Positions 1 to 13,881 of a stretch of 64,000 bases of DNA are shown in pieces. Each line of letters starts with the position of its first letter. The first letter of the stretch is position 1. The DNA lies in the NCBI GenBank assembly GCA_002189035.1, contig NEEC01000018.1, forward strand, positions 124,001-188,000, written 5' to 3'. The stretch comes from Utricularia gibba. Taxonomy: Eukaryota; Plantae; Magnoliophyta. The notes under the pieces are model-generated. The model saw nothing but the letters and a program-made list of their open reading frames with translations. It had not been told where the DNA came from and did no database searches. Both the position numbers and the translations under genes were made by a program.

Positions 1-162
1 ATTCCTTATTTTTTGTTGGTATAAAATATGTATATATAAGTTTTCGGTTATAGCCCAATACAAATAAAAAACCACATATTTGCTCCAAGTCCAAAGTGAA
101 GTCAAGCATCATCTTTCAAGGATGATATTCTAGATTGTTGAAAGTGACTTACCTTCAATAGC

Positions 163-435
163 TTAAGGCTGCGATGGACAATTGCAGGATCTTAGAGCAG
201 CTTTAAGACATGTCTTGATATGGGTGTTCTTGCGGAGGATCAAGCAGAAGAAGTCAACGATAATGAAGAGAATGTTGCCCAAGCTGGAAGCTATACTGCC
301 GGTGGAACTAACACTCTTTACTATGCGAGACAGTCCAAGAAAATTGGCAAGAAATGGATATGTTGTTTGTGGGGTGTCGGTTTTGTGATAGTATTCCTAT
401 TATCAGCTTGGTTGCAAGATGCACAAACAGAATGA
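163..435 (+). pseudogene. Syntaxin (SYP112-like Qa-SNARE) C-terminal remnant
   Basis: Translation DMGVLAEDQAEEVNDNEENVAQAGSYTAGGTNTLYYARQSKKIGKKWICCLWGVGFVIVFLL matches the recalled SNARE-plus-TM end of SYP112 (DMAVLVE..DDIE.NV..AGS...GGTNSLYYA). Just upstream, the expected L-H-Q-V-F-L-D-M region reads ctt TAA gac atg t ctt gat atg (stop plus frameshift). The N-terminal part is not recognisable; the start coordinate is approximate. Confidence 0.7.
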
Positions 436-585
436 TCCTACCTAGTAGCCATTCCTCTTGGGTTAGTGCAATTTCACAGAAGAATAAGTACAAGATTATC
501 TTAAGCAGTAAGTTATTGTTCCTGGACTGCCCTCCTCCCATAGACTGGAGGTGTAACAAAAAGGAGAAAGACTGAGTTTCAATGA

Positions 586-2576
586 TCAAGACACGCTTAG
601 CACTTGGGTAGCAGTCCAAGATTCATTAGGCTCCAGCAGAACATGTCCAATCTGAAACGCAGAGATGATAAGAAACAACATTTTTTCTTAAATCACAAAC
701 GAGGAGCAAAAAGCAGGAGTTCCATAAAAATCTTCACCCCGTGAAAGCTGATGCCGAACACCAGACCACTCAATCAAAAAGAATGTTGTTTCAACTCGTA
801 CCTTGGCGTTTTCAACACAAACGAAATCTTTATAGCATGCTTCCATGGTTAAATATGGGTTCCACAAGACGGTGTCAGACCAACTGTTGAAGAAAATGAA
901 AATGTGAGCATATGATGGAAACAGGAACACTGACGTTCAACCAGAATCTTGAGTACTTTGTATTTTTTATGGTGATCACATCCCCAAGACCGTTCTCCAG
1001 CTCCAGTTCCTTAGGAGCATCAAGATAGATGCAATCAACAAACCCAGGGAAGGTTACGTTTTCTCTGTTTCAACATGTCAAGGGTAGTGGTAAATAGAGA
1101 AAAATAAAACATGAACCGAGATCAAAATCCTGCACGACGTAGAGTGCGTACCTTTCTTCCTTACCCTCGATGGGATTTTTAGGATCAGGATCTTTGTTCA
1201 AAGTTCTGCAGCCTTTTAGACCCTTGACAGATGCTCCCGTAACTGAAGCCTGCAGTTCCTCCAAAAATGAAATAACGGAACAAAAGGGTTTCATCTAATA
1301 TAACGGAAAAGATGATCGATCAAACACGATTATAATACTATAACTCTCAAGAAATTTGAGAAAATGGTAACGGATACCTTGAAATAAGTGTGAAGGGCAG
1401 TTGTAAATGAAAATGGTTTTGCATCAGTGTTTGTTATTTTCAGCTCAGTGGAGAGGACATTTTTGCCAAGAGTAACCTGTCTCAGAGTAACGAGAAGGTG
1501 AAACTGGCAGAAAAAATGAATGAAGAATCTATACGAAGGTGCAGTGAACAGCAATCGAGAGTTAAGGGCTGTAAAATCGGTTACCCTGTAAAGAGCCTGA
1601 AAGCTGTAGTCCCACATGGCACGGCTGTATGGATCATCTTTTAACTCCAACGTGACTGCTGGATTGACTTCATCATTTTCAGAACTAACAACAGACCAGT
1701 TCATGTTTCTAGCAAAACCGTGCTGCATAAAACCAATTCATGACTTCCATCATTTTCAAAACTCAAAGGCCTGTTCCATAGGTCTACAGTTACTGAGTTT
1801 CCGTTCTACGTGAATTCAATATCGAGCTTCAGTAGACTAAAGATTTGATCTCAGTAATGGTGGATTCATTCCCAAGTTACCTGCTGTATCGCCCCAGGTC
1901 CAAACTGTGGAAAACAGTGCGGTATGCCGCCACTGTTGCAAAGTGAGATAACAATCACAAGAAAAAAAAAGTGAATCATGAAACCATAGTCAAAGGACTT
2001 CCAAAAGACGGTAAACAAGTCCTTGCACAAAACGAAAATGAAAAATCATCACTACATATTGTATACTATTAGCAGGGAGTACCTGATCGGCTTTTGCCCA
2101 GTAAAAACAGCATCTGGACGTACAAAAAAGATGTCTCTGTTCGCCACTTTCCATGACGTGAGGCACCCTCCATATAGATACAGTTCAGCATCACTGAGCG
2201 AACCATTGTTTCAATCAAAATCACCCGAGTTACAGAAGACGCAGCTGAAATCACATGGATAAAGGCACGGCAAAAGTATTGCAACACACAAAAAGGAGTC
2301 TCTGAAGCGAAAAAGTTACCTTCCATGTGCAGATTTCAAAACAACCCGTTCCAGATTCCCCAAACCCGAGTAACCTTAACGCTCCCGACATCTGGAGCCG
2401 CGGTAGCCATCACGAAACCTGAGAACCTGAAAATCACGCGGCACTTGTTCCAAATTTCAATTTTGATTGCATTGTCGGCCATCGCCAGGGGATATGGGGA
2501 TCCGAACTCACCGATTGGGCGTGCAAGTTCCGGCCGTGAATATAGCAGAAGACGAGGACAGCATCACCGGCGCCAT
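586..2576 (-). CDS. Galactose-mutarotase/aldose 1-epimerase family protein (putative plastid glucose-6-phosphate 1-epimerase, At5g66530-like); 10 exons; apparent frameshift in exon 2
   Basis: Exons with GT-AG boundaries: 2576-2512, 2426-2320, 2193-2083, 1932-1881, 1722-1585, 1476-1378, 1249-1152, 1064-957, 883-802, 651-586 (TGA). Motifs ELYLYGGCLTSWKV, SGGIPHCFPQFGPG, QHGFARN, TALHTYF, GLKGCRTLNKDPDPKNPIEGKEER, VLWNP, DFVCVENAK. Exon phases are consistent except for one missing base at about 2367-2369. Confidence 0.9.
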
Positions 2577-4371
2577 CTGAAGCTTTTGTTTCACGGTTTC
2601 GTGTGGGTAGCGAATATCGGATTCAAAGTGATAATTCGCATATTCCGCGCTTTCCAATTAGCTGCCATACAAACACTGATAAGATGCTCCATCAACCATC
2701 AAGTTTCAACCATTCTTTTTTTTTTTTCCAATTCAAAATATAAATTAATTTGTTATGCAGAATATATTTACAAGATAATATGATAGTGTATTATTTTCAT
2801 TTTTTTTAGAATTATAAAAAAATATGCACCTAAATAACAATTTGAATTCGATTATTTGAATTTTAATTTGTAAAAATATGTACCTACTCTTTCGCATGAG
2901 TTTTAACTAATACAGGGCCGAGTCACGGGCTCAAAATGCTCTAATAAAATAATTTTTTTTATCAATATTTGATGAGACTATTATTAATATGGGTATTTAG
3001 GTTAAACACAAGAAAATAAGAAATTCATGAATTGATTTGATGGAAAATGGGTTTTGAAATTAATAATTTATATTTGTTGGCTGTTTTTATGTGGGAATAT
3101 TGAGTAATAAAATAGTTTGATATCAATTTTTGAATATAACATTGGCGAATGCAAAAGAACTACATGAGTGAGGGAATCCATAGTTGAATACTTTTGCATT
3201 TTGAGATTGCCACATGTCCAAGAGTCCTTCGAGCGTGAGGACATTGACATAGTCACAAAAATTCAAAAGAACGTATTTTGGAAAGTTTTACGGAAGCTTG
3301 AGTGAAGTTACCCTTGAATTTCCAAGGAAATAAATTAAAAAATAAAAAATATAGATCAATCATTTTAATAAATAATGAATAAAATCTCTATAAGTAGACA
3401 TAACTTTTCTTAAAAAATTGAATATTTTCACTCTAACCTCTTTTCACTCCATTTCATTTGATCTGGCATGAAAATAATCGATGTTATTTGAAATTGTTGG
3501 AGTGTCCTCACTTTTCAGCCCTCCCTCGCTGCTTTTTCACTTGGTATTGATCCCTAAGCATCGCTAATTATCAAACATCCCTTTTATACTCTACACTCTT
3601 CCCTCACCAACAATCATTCTCTATACTAACGGCTTGATTTCATGCATGCCTTTTAATATCCTATAATCTTCGTTCACCAACAATTATTGAGGAGTCTTTT
3701 GAACTTCCACTTAGCAAAAGCACTACTTGCATTCCATCATTCACCTTCACTCATTATTTGAGTAAAGACACTCTATGTCATGACCCACATTTAGAGCTCG
3801 AGAAAAATGAGTCATGATCATTTAGTCCTAACTAAAAACTAAAGTTCAAGGTGTCTTTCATAATGTGATTATTAATAAGTCTACTTTTAATCAAAATGAG
3901 TCATGATCACCTACATTGGAAAAACTTGGTTGATTACTAAACCTCCACTAGTTACTTTGCCCCCCTAAAATAAATAAAAGAGTGGTCATACTTTTGAATT
4001 TTAAAATAAGTCATAATCATAAAATATAGAAAGATAGCATAAAGAGTTTATAAAAGAAACTTGAAGCACATTGCGAATCCTCGTAACTATCTTTTCTTAT
4101 TTCTCATAGTTATCCAACCTTGGCATTACTATCAAACCATGATATATGATAGATAAGACATAAGATACCCTTTCCCATGATTCTATGGTTAAGAGAGCCA
4201 CCTCCGACCACAAAATCACAAACTTAAGCCATACATAACATATAATATCATATCTTTCTTGTATAACATTCATATTTTTTTGTCTTCCACTTATACATGA
4301 TGTCTCATATATGTCTGATATGTTAGTCATAATGCCTGTGGTACAACCACATTATTAAATATATGTGTCAA

Positions 4372-5533
4372 TGATAACACATATTTTTGAGTATTTAAGT
4401 ATAGGAAAATAATTAATATTTTACTATAAAACTCAGATTTTATTGTGTATTTCTATGTTTTTCTAATTAGTGGCATTGTTTGCGTCTTTTATTCCTAATT
4501 GAAACTAAATCTAGATTTAGTCACAATCTTAGTTTTAATCATTCTTTTGAGTAATGCAGCACGTTTAACAGCCCAAATTCCAAGGAGCCGAAAAGTGCAC
4601 AGTAGAGATGGTAGAAAAATGGGGAGAAAAGCTGAAAAATGGAAAATACCAAATCCTAAGGTGTCAAAAAAAATGGATTTCGGACATGATGAGGGGTGAG
4701 AAAATGTCTCCTCATTGGAAAACACACCACACACTTCTGAGGAGAGGAATGGAGAATGAAATCGCAATAACCATGAAGAAGAACGAGGGAGATGAAGAAG
4801 AAGAACTCAGCTACAGTTGAAGATTTTCTTTTTAGGAATACTACTCCTAGTTGGGATTAGTTTTAACTTTCTATTTATGTTAATGTTTCTGTTTTTTTCC
4901 TTGTTGATGCACTGCGACATGAACATGTTTTGGTTGCTATGTTATGAACTTGTTTCATTTTACTTCAACATAAGTAGTTAAATACACATAATGTCTTGAG
5001 GTAGAAGGGGTGTGCATGATTATTGCTTATTAAACTACATTAGCTCGATAATCAGATCATTTCCTTATCAAATCAAGGTAGACCATGTAGGGGGAAGTGA
5101 TTATGTTCTTCATAAGCAATCTAACTAGAGGTAGACCAAAAATTAGGAAAAATCAAGAGTTTCAGTAGACTTGAATTCTTGTATTTTTAGATGAATGATT
5201 ATCAAGTTGGGTGGGTAAGTGTAGTAATAATCATATCACTCCTAAAAGCCTCAAAGCATTGCATTACTTTATTCTAGTTAGTAGTTGAATTTGCCTGTTA
5301 TTTCTTTCTGGACAATATCATCGAACTATTTTAATCTTAGCTTAGACCAAATCTCTTAACCATGATAAAAACATCATGCACCAACCCTTACACAACAAGC
5401 ACATAACTCTTTGAGTTCAACTCTAATCCACTATGCTTATATTTGTTCTATGATTGAATGTGAATTAGATTATAAATTTATTTAATAGGAGAAATTTACA
5501 TTTTAACGACATTGTATAATTTTTCATTTATTA
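4372..5533 (+). mobile_element. Solo LTR, Athila-type family
   Basis: Starts TGATAACACATATTTTTGAG and ends TTTATTA (CA decayed to TA). Flanked by a perfect 5-bp TSD GTCAA (4367-4371, 5534-5538). Homologous by eye to 14603-15767 and 24640-25815. Confidence 0.85.
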
Positions 5534-6040
5534 GTCAATATTTACTCCATTCTTTCCAAACTTGTTTATCACATAGTACATTAAGATACATATTGCACAT
5601 ATCATCTTGAAGTTAATAGGGGTGACTATCCTTAGCAAAAAAAAGACATACTTTTGGAACTCAAAAACAATTTTATAAAATAACATGAAATAACTTACTT
5701 TCCTATTAGAATTTTAATATAACGTAAGAAGTATATGAGAGTAGACACAATCACATACAAAGTAATGACAATTAAACACCAACATTACATAGACACATAA
5801 GTTTGCATAAATTAATTTCAAATACAAACAAAGTTTCAAAAGCAATTATCCTACTTGCCTTGACACCTTAGATTTTAAACCAACTTTAAATCTTCCTTTA
5901 CCTTAGGTATTGTAACCTTCTCTTCCAACCTCTCCTCCTTGTCTTTGAAAAATTCAAAAATGATTGAAAGAACTCTAAATTCCATCTTATATGTTCTATT
6001 CTACACCTTATTCTTATTTTGCGTGTAACAATATATGGCA

Positions 6041-6136
6041 CACATGCAATACGAACATGTGGTGCACATGCAAGATTAGCATGTGGTACGCATGCAAGAT
6101 CAACACATGTCACACATGCAAGATAATATGTGGAAA
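6041..6136. repeat. Tandem repeat, 4 x 24 bp (CACATGCAAGAT..CATGTGG..)
   Basis: Units start at 6041, 6065, 6089 and 6113; each carries CATGCA and most an internal CACATG/CATGTG inverted pair. Confidence 0.85.
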
Positions 6137-6889
6137 CACCTTATGGTTACACTTGGATACATATGATTGCCGAGCTAGTATGAAGTGGAACAAGTTAAAA
6201 ACTAAAGAACTAAGTCCTTAAAACTTGAACCCTCATACTCAACTACCGAGTTAGAACACTAATAACTAGCCCCTTCATGCCCATCCCGAAACATTGGAGA
6301 TCAACCCAGTTAACTTTCAGTTGGACGCTGATTTGGAACACTCAATCCCATCAATGCAAACAAGAGGCTACACACACCATTGAGTGAAAGCATAACACTT
6401 GGTACCACTCAGGAAGATCCAACACTTAGTGTGGACTTTCATTTTTACATTTGTGACACCAAATTACAAATTATTCAAGAATTAAGTTGCATGAACTATT
6501 TCGAACTTAATTTGTAATATGTACTGTAAAAATCTTTCAAAGTATAAAGGAATTAATTTGTTGTCGTAATCAACGTATTGATCATGATCAATTGTTCCTA
6601 TCTATCCATGTATGGCATCTAAAGCCTTGTGTGACCACAAGCATTCAGTTACTTAGAGAAATTGTATTGTAGCAATTAAAGGTAGGTTTTCTTGATTGAA
6701 TGGAATAGACTTTTCAGATCTACAATTCACGTTTATCTTCTATCAATATTTCATATTTTGTCATGGTATAAAGCTTCATTGGTGATGGATGTGGGTGATC
6801 TTGCACTACAAGTTGTAGCAGATGAAACTTCTCGAAAGATATTTCCTACTATCTTTGAGATGATAGTTTAGGAATTTCATGACATGTCT

Positions 6890-7700
6890 TAAATTCATTC
6901 ACTCTTCTTCCACACAACCATCCTAGAACTCTTATAACCACTATCAAATTATGTGGGGATAACTATGATGAATGGGCTTTAATGCACGTGGTGTTGTGAA
7001 CGAAAAAGAAATTCTAATTTCTGGATGGATCTATCTTTGAACCCCTTGCCACCTTCTCGATAGAAGATTGAGAATAGTTGAATCCCATGATGGTTTAATG
7101 GATTTTCAACATGATTGAGGCATAGTTTCATTAAACATTGACTATCACGGATTTTTTTAAACAATTATAGAATGATTTTAAGAACCATGCACTCACAAAA
7201 CATGATTTGACAAATTGCCAATAGGGTGGAGAAAGCATAGTACAATACGTTGATTACATGAAAAAACTTTGGGATAAATACGTATTTCTCGATAGCCTGT
7301 TGATATGTACTTTTGTGGGCTGCAAAAGTAATATAAACTGAGCTCTTAGTAAAAAAAACAGGGAGTAGGAGAAGATCCATTAATTTCTTATGAGTCTTGA
7401 TGATACAATATTCGAAACTATTTGCTCACAAACGTTAACAAAAGAATAATTGGGATCCTTCAACCTGATATATAATTTTATAATTAGAGAATGGCAACAT
7501 TGTGATGCCATGATAAGCCAAGAGAAGATGCAATAGCCTTGGCAATTCATTACTTCGATAGCCATCACTTGTTCTGTAAAAGGTAACATTTGCAGTTTCC
7601 CTAGACATGAAAAAGAAGGTTACTGTGTTCTTCTCGGATATCTTGATTGGTGGGGTGACCTATCACATTTTGAGCTTAATGAAAAAGGAGTTCTAGTACA
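6890..7700 (+). mobile_element. Degenerate Ty1/Copia gag fragment
   Basis: Decayed gag motifs: HP..L.T.IKL.GDNYDEW near 6915-6975, and a zinc-knuckle-like C..PRHEKEGYCVLLGYLDWWG near 7590-7655. Many stops; boundaries approximate. Confidence 0.55.
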
Positions 7701-10342
7701 AATAGGAGGTGAGGCTACATCCTCTAACATTGAAAGTAGAGGGTGTCATGATTACAATATGTGCCATAAAACTTATCTTGAAATCGAGAGAGGTGGCAAT
7801 CGCGGGGTCAAGGGGCCCCTAAGCAAGTCTTGCTTTCGGCTCTACCCTTGTTCATGTGAATGCAACTACAAGAAGTTCACATACTTCATCCACTTCTCCT
7901 ATTTCACTGACCACAAATGTTTAAGTTTCAAGTAGAGAGTTGTCTTGATGACCCATTGAAGATAGTTGCTACCAGAAAATACTGATAGCATAGGAGCTCC
8001 TATGAGATTCATGACAACTAAAACATCATCAAGATTGAACCTTAAATACAAGGATGAGTTAAGGGTGTGGATGTAATACCATGAAGAAATCCATATATCT
8101 TACTCAAATGTAGGACAACATGTGAAATGAAAGTAGTGAAATCATCTTCATTATTGTGGAAAAAAAAATTACTTGTTGCATGAGGTAAACTCTATTAATA
8201 CCTAAAGGTTCATAAAAAAAAGTGGCACAACTCAAAGGCCCACATATGACTTCATTTTTTCTTCACACACACTCAACGATGCATTCTTAATGTAGACAAT
8301 TGTAGACCTTGCTCTCTTGGCCGGCACCTCAAAGAGACCTTCAACAACCTCTCTGTCAATTGAAAAGGTGAGACTATGATAGTCTTCCTCTTTTTTTTAC
8401 TCCAATTTGGTCTCTCATACTTTCGAACTCAATTTTCCCAAGTGGGTTTGTAAGGATATCTGCTATTTTTTTTTGGACTAGGTGTATTGTAGAATAATGC
8501 ATTTTTCTTTTGCTACATATCTAATGATATGGAACTTCACTTACACGTGTTTAGTTTTTCTAAATTGGCATGATTTTTTGGCTATATGAATTTCAGACTA
8601 GTTATCAACATGTAAAGAAATTACTTCTCTATGTGAAAACCAATATCTTCAAGAACTTGACAAATCCATAGGCATTGTTTAGAAGTTAGAGGTGCAGAAA
8701 TATACTCAACTCAACAGTGGATTGAACAATCATAGATTGTTTCTTTGTATACTAGGAAAATGGACTTTAATTAAGGTAAGTAATGAAACTTGATGTACTT
8801 TTCGCATCTTCGCTTCTAGAAAAATCATTGTCAACTTAGCCTCTAACTTGTGGATATATTCTTTCATCTTATGGATGGAAAATACCAAAATCTACTATTG
8901 ATTTGATATACCTTAGAACTCTTCAAGCACATTGTAAATGACTTGCTTTTGGATTTTTCATATATCTGGATAAAACATTCACATAATAACATATATCTAA
9001 CCTAGTTTGAGATAGAAAGTTCAAGCTCCCAACTAAGTTGCAATACATACTAAGATCAATTAATTGTTCACTTTCATCCAATTTTACTACTCTTTTTGCA
9101 TCCATTTGCATTTTGCAACTGTGAGCATCAGTCATATCAAATTCCATCACTAAATCAAGTGCACATTTTATAATTTAAAAATATGTCTTTTCTCTTGGTC
9201 TGATGAACCTCCATACCAAGGTAATAATGCATACAACCCTAGTCTATCATTTTGAACTTAGTTTTGAGCTTTTCTTAAAAATCAGAAATCAGTTTGTTAT
9301 TATTGGAAGTGATCATTAGGTCATCAACATTAATACTGATTAATAGTTTGTCGTTTTCATGAATTTTGTAATAAAGAGTTTGTTCACCAAATGCTTGAAT
9401 CAATTCATGCAACTCGAAGAAATTCCAAATCCTTGGGGCTTATTTAAGACCATATAGGACCTTTTTCAATTTCAACACTTTATGTTCTTGTATAGGTATA
9501 TTGTTGGCAGTATATATCTTTAATAATAATTCCATTCAAGAATGTCATTTATATATATATATATGATGACTTTCACAATTTGACTTGCACCAATAGCGAG
9601 GAGAAGTTTGATAGTTTCCAATTGAGTAATCAAAGCAAGTACTTCATGATAATTTACTCCAACTATCTAAGATAAGCCCTAGGCTACCAATATTACTTTC
9701 TTTTTATTTTCTGATCCATCCATATTGAATTTTGTTATGTAGAGCTAGTTGGTACCTATTAATTTTCCAAGCATATCTTTTGGTCGACCAGCTAATTCTC
9801 ATGTATCATTTTCTCAATGGATTCCATCTCATTATCCATAGCAATCACCCAGTTTCTATATTTGCAGGTCTCAACATAACTTGAGAGAATAAAGATAGCA
9901 TAATAGGATAATACGTTGACATTGTAGACTAAGGATTCATCAAATGAGATATGCACAAAGAGGTTGGTTGCTTCCTTTTAACTTCTTTAGGTCGATCATA
10001 ATCAGGTGTGTCTAATGAATTCTAATCTGTTGCAACAATATGAACCTTATTTTATGCAACAAGAATAGGTGACCTCATATCTCTTATATTAACATATGAT
10101 GCGAATACTTCATTATCACCACATTGTACATCATCGTGAGAAATAGAACTTGATACTTCATCTTTTTATATATTGTTAGATATGTTTTTTGGATGCCTAG
10201 ACCTTATGGGATATGGATCACTACAATTTGCATTCAAATGAGTAATATTTTGAATCAAGAAGCCATCATTTGTTATGTGAATGACTGGATCAAGTACATG
10301 AGTTTGCTATTCCCTATAATTACCATGACCTATCATAACAAT

Positions 10343-12977
10343 TAGAGTTTGGCCGGTTCATAACCGAACCGTGGTTTGAACCGGAACCATTGGTTTAGTT
10401 CCAGTTCCAAACCGGAACCAATATACCTCATGGGTTCCGGTTTCAACCTGGAACCGAAGAGTGGTTCCGATTTGGTTTGAATAATTAAAGAACCGGAACC
10501 GTCGGTTCAATATTTAATTATTATTTTTAAAAAAATAAAATTTTCAATGTGACATATGAAATACAAGAACAGTTTAATTTAATGTGTATTTACTTAAATC
10601 ATGATTTACCATACTTTGAGATGCACAAGTTGATGATCATATTTATTTATTATTGGAAGTTTTACACAAATTAATAAAAGTAAGGAATGATAATTGGTAG
10701 GCAACGGCTATATAGCCATTGCCTCTTTTTTAAAATAAAAATTAATTAAGTTTTTTTATAATTATATTAGTTTTTTATTCTATAAATACTAACCTTGTTT
10801 TTGTTTATTTTCATCTACTTTTTCTCTCTCATTTTCATCTCAAATCAAAGTATGAGTTCTTTTGGTCATGAATATTTTCAAAGCTCTCAAAATTCTACAA
10901 TTCTTCCTCAATTGGACATAGAAGTTGAAAATAATGTCAACATCCATGAAGACATTATGGAGGCTATAGCAAATGATATGGATCCAATGGAGGAATCAAA
11001 TTTAGCACCATCTTCAAAGAAGCGTAAGAAATCTCCTGCTCTTTTTTGGTCTAATTTTGTCTTAGAGGGTGAAAAATCAATCAAATGCAAGTGGTAAAAT
11101 TTATAAACTTGGTAGTGGAGGCTCGGGTTCTTTTATGAAACATCTTAAAACAAAGCATACTAATGTTCTTAATACTCCTTCTTCTTCTAGACAAACTTAA
11201 CTTTGTTTTGAAAGTGGAAATCATCCTAGTATTTTTAAATTTGAGTTAGAAAAATTCAAAACAATGATTGTTTGTTTAATAATTATGAAAGAGTGGGCTT
11301 TTAGTATTGTTGAATGTGATTATGTTCAAGAAGTGCTTCAACAACTAAAAAAGCAATATATATTGCTTTAAATGAATTTAAGTCTATGAGGTTGAAACTT
11401 ATTTCTTTATTTTTAACTATGGAATGCATGTTTTTCTTGACTTGTGATGGTTAGAAAGGAATAAATGGTGATCATTATATTATTCTTACTTGTTCTTGGA
11501 TAGATAGTAAATGGATTATGCATAAACGAATTTTAGCTTTTAAACCTTGGGAATTACCACATAATGCTTCTGCTATTGCTAAATTTATTGCGGGTGTTTG
11601 CAAAGATTATAATATTTTTGAACGAATTATTTCGATTTCTTTAGATAATGCTAGTGCAAATACTAATGCTATTGAAATTTTAAAAGTTGATATGAATACT
11701 CTTTTAAATGATGTATTTTTTCATACAAGATGTGTTTGTCATATTTTAAATTTATGTGTTCAAAGTAAATTAAAAAGTTGTGAATCAATTTTTATTTTGA
11801 TGAGAAATGTTGTGACTACTTTAAAGTCTAATGGTGTTAAAAAAACAATTTAAGCTTCTTTGTAGTACTTAAGGCATTTCTTACAAAAAATTAAAATTAG
11901 ATTATCCCACTAGATGGAATTCGACTTATACTTTGTTGGAAACTATTATTCCTTTTGAGAAACCTTTAATTGATTTTCTTGAAATGATGCAAATTTCTTC
12001 TCAAGAATTGCTTATAAAAAATTTCATTACTTTGAAATGCCTTACAAAATTCTTAGAAACATTTCATTATTGCACAAATCTGTTAAGTGATACTTATTAT
12101 CCAACTTCACATCTAGTAGTTCAATGTATTAATCAAATTGTATTTGTGTTTTCAAAATTTTCAAGCAATTCTTATTGTAGGGAAATGATTGCGTACAAAA
12201 TTTTTGAAATATTTTCAACAAATTCCATATTTATTTCTTGTGGCAACAATTTTTGATCCTAGAATTAAAGTAAAAGGTCTTGATGTTATGTTAAAATCTA
12301 TTTCTAAGCATATGAATACTCATAATAGTGCATCTAATATTGATTCAAATGCTTTATATTTTTTGATGTGGATCATATGAATTCTTCAACTATTGAAATT
12401 ATTTCTTCTATGTATGCATTATATGAGCAAAAATATGCTCTTATTAATTCAAATATTCCTACTTCTTTTACTTCTACATCTAATTCGAATTCTATGTCTC
12501 TTTCGGCATTTACTTTTTCAATGATGAATGAACAAGAACATGTAGGCCATATTTCTTCTTCCTCCACGTGTAATGATTTTGCTTTTTATACTAAGGCACC
12601 TACGATAATTTCAATAGATGATCATTTTAATGTTTTGAAATGTGGACGATGAGATGGAACAAGGAAATGAAGAATGAATGTTTTTATTATTTTATAATAT
12701 TAGTTTTTTTATTGTAATACATTTATTATTATTTGTAAGTTAAATTTTATCTCAATTAAAAAAGAATCATATTTTATGGTTCTAACCGGAATCGAAACCG
12801 GAAACCATAACCACAATTCTAACGGTTCTGGTTCCGGTTCGGTTCTCAAAATTCTAATGGTTTCGGAACCAGAATTAGAACCAGAAAGAAAAAGAAACGG
12901 AGAACCGGAATCGATCGGTTCTGGTTCAGCAATAGAATCGAACCGGAACAGACAATTCCAGAACCGGCCGAACTCTA
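10343..12977 (+). mobile_element. hAT (Ac/Tam3-type) DNA transposon with disrupted transposase
   Basis: TIRs TAGAGTTTGGCCGGTTC / GAACCGGCCGAACTCTA (1 mismatch). Perfect 8-bp TSD ATAACAAT (10335-10342, 12978-12985). GAACCGG-type subterminal repeats at both ends. BED finger (FWSNF...KCKW), ISLDNASAN, HTRCVCHILNLCVQ, PTRWNSTY and ATIFDPRIK motifs split over several frames. Confidence 0.95.
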
Positions 12978-13881
12978 ATAACAATGTGTCCATCATCAGG
13001 GTAAAGTAGCAAATTCATCAAACGTCACATCATTACTGGTGATTAAAGATTGTGTATCATGTGCATAAACTCAATAACTCTTTATGACTAAATTATAACC
13101 AACAAAGATACCTATTTGAACCTTTTTATCCAACTTTTGGTTCACTTCCCTTTGGGCGCATGCATGACAAAGTGATCCAAATACTTTCAGATCTCCAACT
13201 TTTGCAGATTTTCCTATCCAAAGTTCATAAGATGACCTATTATTAATAACTCTAGATGAAAGCATATTCAACAAATACATAGTTGTACATGTGGCTTCTA
13301 TCTAAAAACAAAGAAATAGTTTTTTTTTTTTTTGAATAGGAGACATCGAGTTATTTTTAGAATGGTATGATTTTTTTCCCTCACTCACTCTATTTTGTTT
13401 AGGCATATACAGAGCAGTAAACTCATGTAGAATGCCTTCATTATGTTGCAGTTCTATGAAATCTTTAGAGGTATACTCACCTACATTATTAGATTGAAGC
13501 ACTTTGATTGTATCCAATAGTATTTTTTCCACCATTACTTTAAAGAGTTTAAATTTGATGGGTGTTTTGGACTTGGATTTCAAAAAAATATTCAGCTGTA
13601 TTTTGAAAAATCATCAATAAAAGTTAATATGTACTTATTGCCATTCAATGAGGGTTCTATGAATGGCTACATAGATCAGTATGAACCAACTCAAGTTTTG
13701 CAATGCTGATAGTATCATTTTTTGGATATGGCTTGTGCACTACTATTCCTTTTTGGCACATATCACAGCAAATTTCAGTAAATTTGATATAATTTAATTC
13801 ACTGATAGTTCCATTTTGTTATAGGATCTTCATATTGTTTAACCTATAGTGTCCTAGATAATTGTACCACATCCAAGAGTC

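Noticed and set aside
12709-13009. ORFs rich in EPEP/GSGS on both strands
   Set aside because: Translation of hAT subterminal GAACCG repeats.
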